In this document: positions 37,273 through 56,672 of the stretch, in pieces
How the letters are laid out: each line of letters opens with the position of its first letter
How positions within the stretch are numbered: the stretch's first letter is position 1
DNA from: Diadema antillarum
Taxonomy: Eukaryota
Direction of reading: 5' to 3'
DNA: 64,000 nucleotides
Assembly: GCF_040938485.1 (NCBI RefSeq)
Contig: NW_027271168.1
Location: 1,240,001-1,304,000 of the forward strand
Position numbers and translations under genes: made by a program
The notes under the pieces: model-generated
What the model was told of the DNA's origin: nothing
Database searches by the model: none
The model's input: the letters and a program-made list of their open reading frames with translations, nothing else

Positions 37273-37593
37273 TCCACTTTTCTTCTTTGACTATATATCG
37301 ATCATTATTCTTTAGATTTCTGTTCTAATTCATTATCAGTTAGCCGATCTATACAAAATCGCAAATCTACTATTTGTGTACTTTTATATCCGATGAACTA
37401 TACTATGATATCATATCTATAGACCAATCTATCAATTATCTATCTTTCAGTCGATATTTATGTTTCTATCCCATCAACTTCTGTTATCCAGGATGGATGC
37501 GACCATGATTGTGACTGTGATTGTGGTGGATGTGATTGTGATGGATGCGACTGCGACCTTGGAGACTGCGACCTTGGAGGCTGCGATTTTTGA
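21896..37593 (+). CDS. Gene C: divergent paralogue with PPPPY motif and extended Cys/His/Asp-rich C-terminus, 4 exons, 190 aa
   Basis: Exons 21896-21967 (METTQTPTGMDDPPPPPYSVAVEQ|gtaaga), 32784-32977 (VSVDPMPPAEYPESSPLTTAVTAQP...VAHP-AG|gtataa), 36770-36974 (TTVRSDDCCASCYCTGNECDGDCLSCLLCCWIWRGNSHHHGGHVNHDHGGCCDGDGDGGCDCDCKCCS|gtgagt), 37492-37593 (DGCDHDCDCDCGGCDCDGCDCDLGDCDLGGCDF*). Total 573 nt. The exon 1-2 join across 10.8 kb is inferred from the homologous VEQ junction in A and B. Confidence 0.78.
24290..26870. repeat. ~265-bp tandem array (7 full units plus degenerate units)
   Basis: The marker aacaagtgggactgtttcaag recurs at ~24367, 24625, 24903, 25175, 25438, 25704, 25969 and ~26490. 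Confidence 0.92.
26219..26476. mobile_element. MITE nested within a satellite unit
   Basis: TA|TGAAGAGCTCATTTGCAAATGGGGTTAGATCCA...TGGATCTAGCCCCTTTTGCAAATAAACTCCTCA|TA splits the unit motif catcaaaata-tactgag. Confidence 0.7.
27400..27880 (+). mobile_element. 3' fragment of a CR1/L2-group non-LTR retrotransposon (post-RT region, frameshifted)
   Basis: LYNAFIFPHMAYCNIVWG ... LQKK.IRIC ... HTTPLFKQLNVLKIDDIHKFQTSVFMYK is a typical C-terminal ORF2 motif series. Confidence 0.8.
31495..32658 (+). mobile_element. Helentron-associated (DINE-1/HINE-like) non-autonomous element
   Basis: 5' TTTTTATGCCTCCG subterminal IR, (GTCC)n microsatellite, repeated aaggtcaaaggtca cores, then 3' CGGAGGCAT, a hairpin GTCGCCATAGCGAC and CTAGTT. 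Confidence 0.8.
34340..35730. repeat. ~167-bp tandem array, 8 units
   Basis: catcagg.gaatggc recurs at 34451, 34622, 34786, 34948, 35120, 35285, 35454 and 35620; the units carry gcgagcgagcgaagcgagc. Confidence 0.92.
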
Positions 37594-40500
37594 GGATGCT
37601 CCCAACGTACAGCCTGCATGATGAATCCTCTTCGTCAACGTCATGAAAGACGCGCATCAATAGACGAGGTTCCGTGACGTCAAATGACGCTTTGCTTGCG
37701 GAGAAAAGACAAATCACGTGTGTCGTAAGCGCGTAGCTCTAGCGCGCGGGACGCGTACAGTACCCGCCTGCCTATGGGACGTAAGATGTAACGCTTACGC
37801 GATTGCCCACGCGTATAGGGCCCGATAGGCAGTTTTTGTCCCAGGCCCGCAGCATGGCTTGATGACGTCATTGAAACTTCGTCCGTATTTGGGTGTACGT
37901 AAAGACGCCAGTACTTAGTCCTACATTATTCTTTCCCAAAGAGCTTATCATAACGAGCAGAAAAATCTCTTTAATCTTACCTCAGACTGCTCAGAATGAT
38001 GCTACGGAAAATCATGTGCTGCCAGGAATTGTTCCGAGACTCTATGAATGGCAAACCGATGTTCTTGACGTGACAAGAGGACAAAGGAAGTTTAGGAATT
38101 AGTTTATATGCAGGGACCTTAGAACGTTTTGTGTGTGATTTGCGGGGCGGGGAGGGGAAGGGCTCGTGTTTGATTCACTAGTAAAGGGTCAATGCCTCCC
38201 CTCCCCCCCCCCCCCCCCAATCTTGGGAAGGAACCATTTTCGGCATTTTGAAGAGCCAAAGACTGTTTCTTGCGCGGCCCCGTACTACAGGACAGTCTTG
38301 CGTTCAAAGTGTTCATCGGCAATATTTGTTTTTTCATACATTAATTTTGACTTTCGTTGAACTTTAAATCAGTCAGCATCGCTTGTGCATGAGACAACCC
38401 TCATGAACTTCGAAAGCTTTAACAAATATGTGATACCTCTGGCCGTATGTACGCATGCGATTGTGTTAACGAGTACACTATAGTTTTAGTTCAGACCTAA
38501 CTTCAGGTTTCTAACATCTTTTTGTGTGTGTGTGTGAGATAATGAGAAACCTCTTATGAAATATGAAGTATTGATTTTTTTAAAAATAAACATTGAATAT
38601 TCTTAAATAAACATTGAATTCCAAGAGAAATTAAATATTTATTTGATAAAACTTGCTTTTGAAATGACTGAGACATCCAAAACAGAGCAATCCAAATAAA
38701 AGATCGGACCTACACCTTCTAAAGGGATGACTTTGTTCTACTTTGTTTTTGGATGCCTCAGCCAATACAAAACCGATTTTCATCTAATAAACTTTGAATT
38801 CCTCTCAGAATGATATGCTCTGTATAATTTCATAAGTGGTTTCTTGGTATCTCCAAGGGCTCTAGTTAAAAGCCCAATCCTCATCTCCACCAATACTATA
38901 CCATCCCTGTAGGGTGTCTGTATAATATTTATAAGTGTGTCACTATAGAACGGAGTGTGGTGTGGGTGTGTGTATGTTATTAAAACAGTACTAGGAAGCA
39001 AAGAGGCTTTACCCCCCCCCCCCCGTCACACACACACACACCGCACACATCCTTAGCTACCCACTAAAAAAGTGGAGATACTGTACTGATTACTAAGATG
39101 GAATTGTAATAATCGATATAACAATGGTACCTTATTGACATCATCATACTCAGTATCATTTAAATCTTTATCATCACACTTAAATTTCAGCATTATTATC
39201 ACCATTATCATCATCGACATTATTATCATTATCATCATTATTATGAAAATGACACAGGTGTGAAACTCATGGCAACGTCAGTCATTTCAAGTTCCTATAG
39301 AATCACACCTTACGGCCCAAGATATTCAACTCTAAAATATTTCATGAAATAACGACTTTTTTTTAAAACTCTGAAATGTTAAAATGTTTACGATATGTCT
39401 TTAAATAGGACATAATTAGGCCTACACGAGCGCGTCAAATGCACGGCAGGTATGTTTCACCTATAGCTGTAGTGCCAACGTTAGTCATTGAAATACATAT
39501 AGGACTTGTACATTGCAATACATTATAACTCAGTATGAACCTAACGCAGAGCATGCGTCATGTTGTAAATTCAAAAAAAAAAGTGTAAATACTCTATAGA
39601 AATATACGAATTATTGATTTCCCATAGCAAGAATTATGGTTATACCGCACAAACGTGCTCTGCTACAAAGGTTAGGAAATCGATCACTTGACGCCAAATT
39701 AACAAATTGCAGTCCGTTCCACTGATGTGTGCACCACTTACTAGTATGGTAGTAGGCCTATAACTTAGGCCCTAAAGCGTAGTAATACCAGGTTATTTTG
39801 AAAGGTTAATAGAAATTCTGATTTTCTATATTTTCTATATTAGCTTTGTGAGCTTGTGTACCCCATACGGCAATCCATTCTTGCAAGTGAAATCTTGTTA
39901 TCTGTAGCAGGCTACACGGTCTATGATTTATCAAATGCATGTACATGTATAAGAAATGCATAATCATTCTGTCCCGTCGAGGCTTACAACTTTGAAGACG
40001 AATAACGTTTCCGGTGATTATGTATTTGGCGTGCATACAAATTTAACATAAATTAATGGATGCATACTTCCACGAAGATGATGTTAAATTTCCAGAATAA
40101 TTCCTGTATGATACAAAATTCGTAGGCATACCTGTATGTAATACGTTGTATCATGCAACTACTTTATACCCGTTTGCATACTGGAGTATGGTATTAGCGT
40201 GCGTGTGGGAGAGGAAGGTAGTATGTTCGTCAAAACAGGAACGTGGTAATGTGTTCGACGGGGTTTGTGTGTGTGTGGGGGGGGGGGACGTACATGTTTA
40301 TAAAACGAACGCGGGATTGTGTTTGACGGTGTGTGTGTGTGTGTGTGCGACAGATAGGGGTAGAAAATAAGGACAGACAATATTTTGATTAGATTCTATT
40401 CTTTAGAACTGATCTTTATTTCATGACGTATATAAATCTATTTTCAAATGATTGATTATTGTACTCGAAATTTCAGTTGCCTGGTTTACACATTCGATTG

Positions 40501-41233
40501 AATGCTTACTACATTGTAAATGCAATAATAATTATGTATTAAATGAAATCAAATGAAAATTACTGAAATGAAATGTTTAATTCGTTTCATTTTTGTTAAC
40601 AATCTTCCAAAAAGTTAAAATAACAAGCACTTCCAAATCCTAAAGCACATTTCGCGCGTATACTAAAAAAGGATCACGAGTTTTGCCGATTCATCTATTG
40701 GTGCTGGTAAGAGCGTGGTATTCAACAGTGTTGTATTGTGGAAATTGATTGTGCAATGGCACTGTTGCTTTGAATTAAGAGTTTTTAATGTCATTTATAA
40801 TAATGATAGTACTTTAAAAAATAACAATGATGATGACGATAATGACGACAGTGATGACGACGAGGATGATAATGATGATGGCAATGACGATGATAATCAA
40901 GATGATCCTGATGATGATGTAAATGTTGAACAAGCACGTAATCATCAAAGGCAACCCCCTCTGTTAAGACAGCTCTGCAAAAATCGGTCTGAGTAGGTCG
41001 ATACGGTGGAAGGCAGTTCTCGATGTCTTCGCAGGACCATGTTCTAACCTGGGGTTCTATACTCCGCCTGTCTGATCTATTTGTAGCATTATCAAAGTTA
41101 TTTCCTTTTTCATCTAACCTGAAATCGAAACATGATATCTAACCGCAAGATGGGTTGGCGAATTCCGTATTTCATTTACGTGGCTCGACCAAAGGCAATC
41201 GTTGACCGATTGTTAGCCACTTCAGGGTGGTAA

Positions 41234-41448
41234 TACAGTGGACTCCCTTTATAACGAAGTGCTCGGGACCGGTATAGGGTTTTTGTTTGGTTTGTGTTTT
41301 TTTTTTTTTCGTTATATCAAAATTTCGTTACAACCGAACAAATAAACAATTAACAACATAGAGATGATAATGTTGGAGCCTAAATTCTTACCTCCCAGTA
41401 ACTGGAATTTCGTTATAACCATGCTCGTTATAAGGGGAGTGCACTGTA
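41234..41448. mobile_element. Tc1/mariner (pogo-like) MITE, second copy
   Basis: TA|CAGTGGACTCCCTTTATAA...TTATAAGGGGAGTGCACTG|TA. Confidence 0.75.
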
Positions 41449-42981
41449 CAGAAATTCGCCCGTTGTATGTCGAGTGTAACATATAGGTTGAAAGACAGAC
41501 TCCTTCCACTTCACTTTACATCACGTAATGCTCTTTGCGAATCAATTTTGCGAAGTGAGATCTTTTTATGTGTGTGAGTCTTGACTCCAACACGCTGAGC
41601 TCTCATTACTATAGCTCGATATCCAAGGGGCGAAGAGGTTTGTATTCTGCACTGTTCTGACGGAGAGGAGATGACACAAGATCACAGAGTTGGCTCAGCT
41701 GGTCTCACTGGGTCTTGAACCTTTGACCTGTAGGATTGTCAGGCAGAGACAAGCTACTGACGGAGCCAGCTCGCCGCCCAGTAGGCGGATATTGCTTAAT
41801 TTAAGGCCTGAAATAGCTCAATGGATTGGTTTACCAAGTATGCTTATACTTCTAATACTTCTATGTTCATCCCTATAAGAGNNNNNNNNNNNNNNNNNNN
41901 NNNNNNNNNNNNNNNNNNNNNNNNNNNNNNNNNNNNNNNNNNNNNNNNNNNNNNNNNNNNNNNNNNNNNNNNNNNNNNNNNNNNNNNNNNNNNNNNNNNN
42001 NNNNNNNNNNNNNNNNNNNNNNNNNNNNNNNNNNNNTCTCAATTCCAAATACTTGTACTGGTATCATTAACTTGTTGAATACAAAGTACATTTGTATCTA
42101 CATTGTAGGGATAACTGAATACTACAAGTGTATGTCCTCAGAAGAATAAAAAATCCATACACTTGAATACAGGTACTCACATAATTTTAAACTTAACAAA
42201 CTTAACTTTTATCAATACACTTAAGAACATCAGTGAGACCATTAAAGGCAATACAATTCAATGCCTCCGAAAAATTAAAAGCCACATGTACATTAATTCG
42301 CTAATTGCCATTGACATAGAGAAACACAAACAAACAGCACAATGTCAAATATCAGTATGGTTTCTTGTTTGTTTATACAATGTATTTGTTTTAATAATTG
42401 AAAACAGGCATTTACACAGTAAATAACCTACATGACTGATACAGAAGGCCTACATACATACCAATGTCATTGGTGCTATGAAACGGCATGAGGGGCACGA
42501 ACAACTCCAAACATTATATTAGAAATATCTTGAAATATAACAAAGAATGACAATAATGGCATATAGAAAAGAATTTGTTATTGCATAGGGTATTTCATCA
42601 TTTTAAACACATCAAACGAAAAGTGCGGTATCATTGTATTCGTCACATTGACGGTCTGCTTAGAAATTAGGTAGCACCATTTCCAATGGAAGCATTCAAC
42701 ACTTAGTTTGTGCATGTAGTTTCAATCTACATAATGATGCTAATTGATAGCACACATCTATTACTCTATTATCTGGTTTTTCAGATTGCAGCTATTATGT
42801 GCACTCCACAATGTCCAATGATGAGGTGAAATAATAAATGAATACATACAATGTATATTTCCATGACTGAGTACACATCCCGGATCATAGATTACTATAC
42901 CCGCAGGGGATTCACAAGGGTGTCGTCATCACTGACAAACCACTCATAGGCCAACTGTTCAATGTTATAATTTTCCGCATA

Positions 42982-43284
42982 CAGAGACTCCAACTCTCCC
43001 ATTTTCGACGGGAGATCTCCCGCCGAAAACCCATTTTTGCAAAATCTCCCGTTCTCCCGCTGGAGATTTGATTTCTCCCGCCCTGGCTCTGCGTCTCCTG
43101 GTGGAAAGGATTTCTTACTTATTGCTATCGTATGTTGAAAAAATAAGCCTTAGATAGCACCAGAGAACATCTAGAACCCTAGGAACTTCGCGCTTCGCAC
43201 ACATCAACTTGGAGTCTCCCATTTGCTAGGGGTTTCGGGCTGGAGAATCTCCAGATAAGAAGGTGCTTGGGGTTGGAGTCTCTG
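42982..43284. mobile_element. MITE with CAGAGACTCCAAC termini
   Basis: cagagactccaac ... gttggagtctctg; no clear TSD. Confidence 0.6.
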
Positions 43285-43461
43285 TGCATATTTTATCCAT
43301 TTTGAAACCTTTCCCACCCACTCATCCCATCCCCCCCCCCCCCCTCCCCAGGAAAAAAAGAATCAAAAAGGAATCTTAGAATAATTTGCTTATTGTCTCA
43401 GTTATTATGACCTTAGCTGGCTTTACTTCATAATAGCTGTATTTCTGAATCAATCAAGTAT

Positions 43462-43804
43462 GATTGTTTGTTCATTTTCCATCTAGGAAGATGGCTGGAT
43501 AGCCCATATTCAGCTACTTTAAGCTGGTCTTCCATGGGGTCCAGTTGGATGTGAGGTGGGACCACTTCACCGGGTTAAACACCCTGCTCTTTGCGATGAA
43601 TGAATGAAGCGGGATCTTTTTCATGCATGAGCTGTGACTCTCTCATACACGGGATCTCCATTTTATGTCCTATCCGATGGACAGAGTGTTTTGCCTCTTG
43701 CTAGAGGGGACGGTATGATTACACACAACATTGCTCAGTCCAGACTCGGGTTCGAACCCGGGCCGCGTGATCGTGAGGCAGACGCGCTACCGACTGAGCC
43801 AACT
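43462..43804 (-). mobile_element. tRNA-derived SINE, near full length
   Basis: The minus strand starts with a tRNA-like head: A box TGGCTCAGTCGG and B box GGTTCGAACCC. The body is shared with copies at 3764-4045 and 12597-12738 and ends in an (AAAC)-like tail. Confidence 0.8.
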
Positions 43805-45363
43805 AATCGTCCTATTACTTTCTACAATGGGACCTTGACTTTATTTCCTCTTTCTTTTTTTTTTAAGGAAAGTTGAAGTGTCGGATATGGCCAAAATATC
43901 ACCTAATGGAACAAAATAGGAGAAACGCCTTTCAGTATGCACAGCGTATGACTGACTTATGCGTTGTATTGACACATCAGTATACAATTTTACTTAATAG
44001 AGATAATACGACAATGTACCTCAGTTTGTAGCAGGGACGTATTAAGAAATGCGACCTCAATGTACAGATAGAATAGACTGTATGCCATTTTGTAGAAAAA
44101 TTCAATGAAATTCTGCGAGTAGCATATGCCCTGTGGAAGACAATACTGTACATACAACTAGTGTTGGTAGCGTATGGCAGGTGGCCGAGCAGAAGCCAGC
44201 TCCATACATGGGAGTTTACTGGTACAGAAAAGTTAAATACTGCAGTGTGACTTCAATATCATCACCTTGAAACTGAATATCATTTGCTTCAAAATGTCAT
44301 GAAATGTGATTCAGATAAAAACAAATGCTTAAATCAATGTTTATTTTTTTTTCTCATAATAACTCATATCAGATAGAGAAACAAGCGAGGGCACATCACT
44401 ACATTTTTTAATTTCTGAGGGGAGTTTGGAAAACTTGATCAGAAATGGCAAAATTATGTATTTTTGCATTCAGTGCTAATTTGCTTTAATAATTTCAGAG
44501 ACTTACAAAACAATATTTACACATTGGTAATCTATTTAGAGTGTAAACACTATTTATAACCACCCTAGGGGCTTGCTCACAGAAAAACAACACTTTAACC
44601 ACTACAAAAACACATTCAAACACAAGATCAGGAAGATCTCACAATTATTTCTTGCCAAATCTTTTGATGGCATTATCTTATTTGATATAATGATAAATAC
44701 AAATTCAATTTGCTTTTCTTTATCCTTCATTGTGGAATTTCATTTTCAGGGTTATATCATGTATATATTCACTTGTGTAGTGGCACTAGAAGCAAAAGAT
44801 TGGCAAGTTGCAGCTTACGAATTTGTAAATATGAACCATACTCATTAATATTATAATATTAAACATTTTGCACATTAGTTGATTGCCCTTAATTGTTGGC
44901 CAACTGCCACAATTTGACAGCAACATTAAAAGATTCAAAATCTATTTCATATGGCATGTCAAGGTATTCAAGTACTGCTGCAAAGTAAACATTATGTTAC
45001 ATTGATATGATATATTTAACTTATCAAAATATAAGTCATATTCAAATGCCACTGAGACAAATTTTAAAGTAGATATTAGTTTGGCTGATCAGCTCTTGAG
45101 AGAAGATAAACTCTTCCAAGCAAGGTCTGTATATGAAAAATTTTGTACAAATAAGTGACATAAATCATTTACTTATAGAATATGATGCCCAGTGAGTTTC
45201 AAAAGTAGTACATTCATTCACACACACACACACAAAAAGAGAAAAAAAATCACAAATTCTACTTCCTAAAACAAGCAATGAATGCATAACCTTAACCCGC
45301 ATCGATATAAAAAGTGCGAGAGATTGTTCCTTTCCCAAAATGCAGTGCCTCATTGTGGGTAGC

Positions 45364-45530
45364 ATATAGTGAAAGAAATTAGACTCGAGGCGGACGTTGC
45401 TCTTGATCTTGCTCTCCCTATTAATCTAGCTTTGGCCTGATGGCCTGACGACAGGCCGAAAGCTCAGTTAAAAGGGAGAACAAGATCGAGAGCAACGTCC
45501 GCCTCATGCCTAATTTCTTTCACTATATAG
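45364..45530. mobile_element. Foldback hairpin element (~165 bp)
   Basis: tatagtgaaagaaattag..gaggcggacgttgctct.gatcttg ... caagatc.agagcaacgtccgcctc..ctaatttctttcactata. Confidence 0.75.
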
Positions 45531-46812
45531 ATATGTTGTTTTTGTTGTTGTTGTTCAACTGCACATGTCATAGCGTCTTATATTTGGAGCTAGGCTTCTC
45601 CATAATCACAGGTTAAGTTCACACCAAAGCTTTTATTTAGCAATCATCAGATTCACTGCTGCAAAGATTTACATGGGGTATTGCTAGAGATATGCACAGA
45701 AGCCATCTTTGCGTCAATTGACACTGGAGAACAAGAAACTCTCCCACTAACTGACTTAATACTCACTCCTTTTCGCGTTCCTTACTAATCATGAACCAAA
45801 GAATAGGTACTAGCAGTAGACTTCTATGCTCATGATTAATTCAGTGCATCAGGGAATGTGTACATTTGAGGAGAGATTCATACTTAATGTCCACATAGAA
45901 GCTAAAGAACCAAATCAGTCAACATTTTGAACAATTCCACATAAGCTAGAAGCAAGTACACAGTAAGTAGTCTAACATTGCTCTAACGACAGTCATTCTG
46001 GTCACTGAGCTGTAACTGAGAGGACGTAAAGCCCTTTACTATTTGTATTGGCCATGGAATGTCTATGATATTTCAGGAGTGTTCAATTTAGACAGATTTT
46101 CTCCATGATTCTGATAATACTGTGAGAATATCACCACACTACACATCCTCTTACATCACTATAGAAAATTCGATTATCTTTTAATTCATTCTTATAAGAA
46201 AGCAAAAATTTGGTCTTTCATGTTAAAACACTATCTGTACAAGTAATGAAAACGTTGCATGATCAATACAACAATTTCATTGTGTTATAGGTTGTTATAA
46301 TACTGCAATAGAATGCTTTAGCATTTATCATTTACTTTAAACATTAATTCTTGGGGAGTATCACTCAATTTCAGTTGGTATAGTGTGTTATATTGACAGA
46401 TAAAAATCAAAACAAAATTTACTTTGAAGTACATTTTCTTAGAAAAATATCTAAACTCTTGTATAAACTGTAATTGTTACGTTGCTTCTAAATGCTTCTT
46501 GAAGCCAGCAAATATAAAACTTGATATAAGGTTATTACAGCAAAATAAAATCAGCAACTTATATATCAGCTTTGTTGTGACTGGATCTATTTGATTCACT
46601 CGCATAGTATGTGATTATTTTTGGTAACATGATTACCAGTATTCACACCCTGAACGGAAATAGAAATTTAGACAGAATGCAGTTGTTACAGTTCTTCTTA
46701 TCGGATAAATCATATACAGTTGTATATATATATATATATATCTAAAATGAAAGATAAATGATGACTGAATGACATACTGGTCTAAATTTTTCTGACCATT
46801 GGTCCTTAAGAA

Positions 46813-54996
<8,184 letters not shown>

Positions 54997-55402
54997 CAGC
55001 CTCTCCTGCTCTTGAAATAAGTACCTGACAACAAGAGACACATAAGACATGATGCTTCTGAAAGGAATCAGTATTAATAGTACGATACCAATTACTGCAC
55101 AAGCTGAAATTTTTGTGGTGGTTTTATTTTCGCAAATTTCGCGAATCGCCTTTGAAAAGCGAAAATAACAACACACGAAAATAACAACGCGTGAATAACT
55201 ACGTTCACTTAGACCCTCACAACCGCGAAATGAACAACACGCCAAAATGTCCTCCAAGTAGCAATTCGCGAAAATATCTGTACGTGAAATTTTCAGCTCG
55301 TACAGTAATGTGAATTGTACTACACACTATAAAAATCAAACAGAGCATAAAATCCTGTTTGCAGACTATCCAAAGTCATGATTCAGCAAAACAGTAAACT
55401 GC

Positions 55403-55767
55403 TTAAAGGGGATGGCTAGTATCCGATCAGTGGGAATCAGTGGGAATGCTGAGGGATGATTGTTCCAATCCTTGTGGGATTCATTTAAGAGTACAGTATG
55501 TATCTACTGTTGTGTGAAATTTATTTGCTTCAGAACGGTCTCATATTCAAGTAATGTGCAGATTAATGCCCCGTCACTGACCAGGGACGCTAACCTGGAA
55601 ACATCAAACTGCACATTACTTGAATATGAGACCATTCTGAAGCAAATGATTTTCACACAACAATAGATATATAATGTACTCTTAAATGAATCCCACAAGG
55701 ATTGGAACAATCATCCTCCAGCATTCCCACTGATTCCTACTGATCAGTTACTAGCCATCCCCTTTAA
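55403..55767. mobile_element. TTAA-flanked MITE (Kolobok-like termini), copy 2
   Basis: TTAA|AGGGGATGGCTAGT...ACTAGCCATCCCCT|TTAA, internally similar to 7816-8171. Confidence 0.8.
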
Positions 55768-56190
55768 GAACTGTGGAATGGAAAGTAAAATAAGAAATTA
55801 TACTTGGTTGGTTTGCCACTCACCAGTAGGCCTACTATGAAATACATTATTTGGGTAATGTTCAATTTCTTTTGGGGAAATTTGCTTGTTCTTTCCCAAC
55901 TCACTCCACTGCACTGAAGTCTTCTCAATTTAATACAGTTTGCTCTCTATACCGTATACGATTGGTAAAGCTTTTTTTTTTTGTTTCCAATGCATAGGTC
56001 CTAACAGTTTTTAACACAATTATGCAGGTTCCTTGTAACTTGACTCAAAAGAGTCTGTCATGTGCAATCTAATTACCATGGATGTGGTATCCTAAAACAT
56101 TTACCCATTCTTGCTTCCCAGTTTAAACCTTATGCACAAATTAAGCTTGTAATGAGTGTAAATCTAGCAACCTACAGTTAAATCTTAAAT

Positions 56191-56672
56191 GAACAAGAAA
56201 AGCAATCCGAGAGCGCAGACCTCCGCCAAGCAGTTACTTTCCACCGATGATCTTGCTCTTCCATAGAGATCAATGATTTCCACCCACTGAAAAATCGCCC
56301 GATTTCCAATATAGAAGCCTTTGTTACGTCATAAACCCTGAGATGCGCGGCGGCGCCTCGCCCCGGCAGAAACTAGAGCACGCACTTTAGTGCGAACATG
56401 AAAACTCCTAAAATGTGCAGCTTGAACTCCCAAGTTCATTGACCCTATGTGGGAAAATATCGAAAATCCTTCATAAAACCCATAAAAATTTAAGGATCAC
56501 TACCAAATTTTAATCATCTGTTCCTTGTGTCATTCTCAACCTTTCCTGCAAGTTTCATTCAAATCCCGGCACAACTTTTTGAGTTATTTTGCACACGGAC
56601 CAACAAACAAACTAACAAACTAACTAACAAACCAACGGTAACGAAAACATAACCTCCTCCCTTGGCGGACGG
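56191..56672 (-). mobile_element. HINE-like element family 2
   Basis: Closely matches 51315-51868 along its length. Confidence 0.75.

Noticed and set aside
40820-40925. Poly-Asp/Asn ORF (NNNDDDDNDDSDDDEDD...)
   Set aside because: Degenerate (GAT/GAC/AAT)n simple repeat with no convincing splice sites or Cys motifs linking it to the Cys-tail family.
43740-43804. tRNA-like sequence with A and B boxes
   Set aside because: It continues into a SINE body repeated elsewhere in the window, and I could not fold a complete cloverleaf; SINE head, not a tRNA gene.
45430-45465. CUGAU-GGCCUG-acga-CAGGCC-GAAA, a hammerhead-like centre of a hairpin element
   Set aside because: The core lacks the GA of CUGANGA; better explained as the palindromic centre of a foldback MITE.
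55025-55257. N-terminal extension of the 440-aa ORF (MEDILACC...)
   Set aside because: It lies upstream of a clear acceptor at 55024, and the signal peptide starts after it, so it is intronic open frame.
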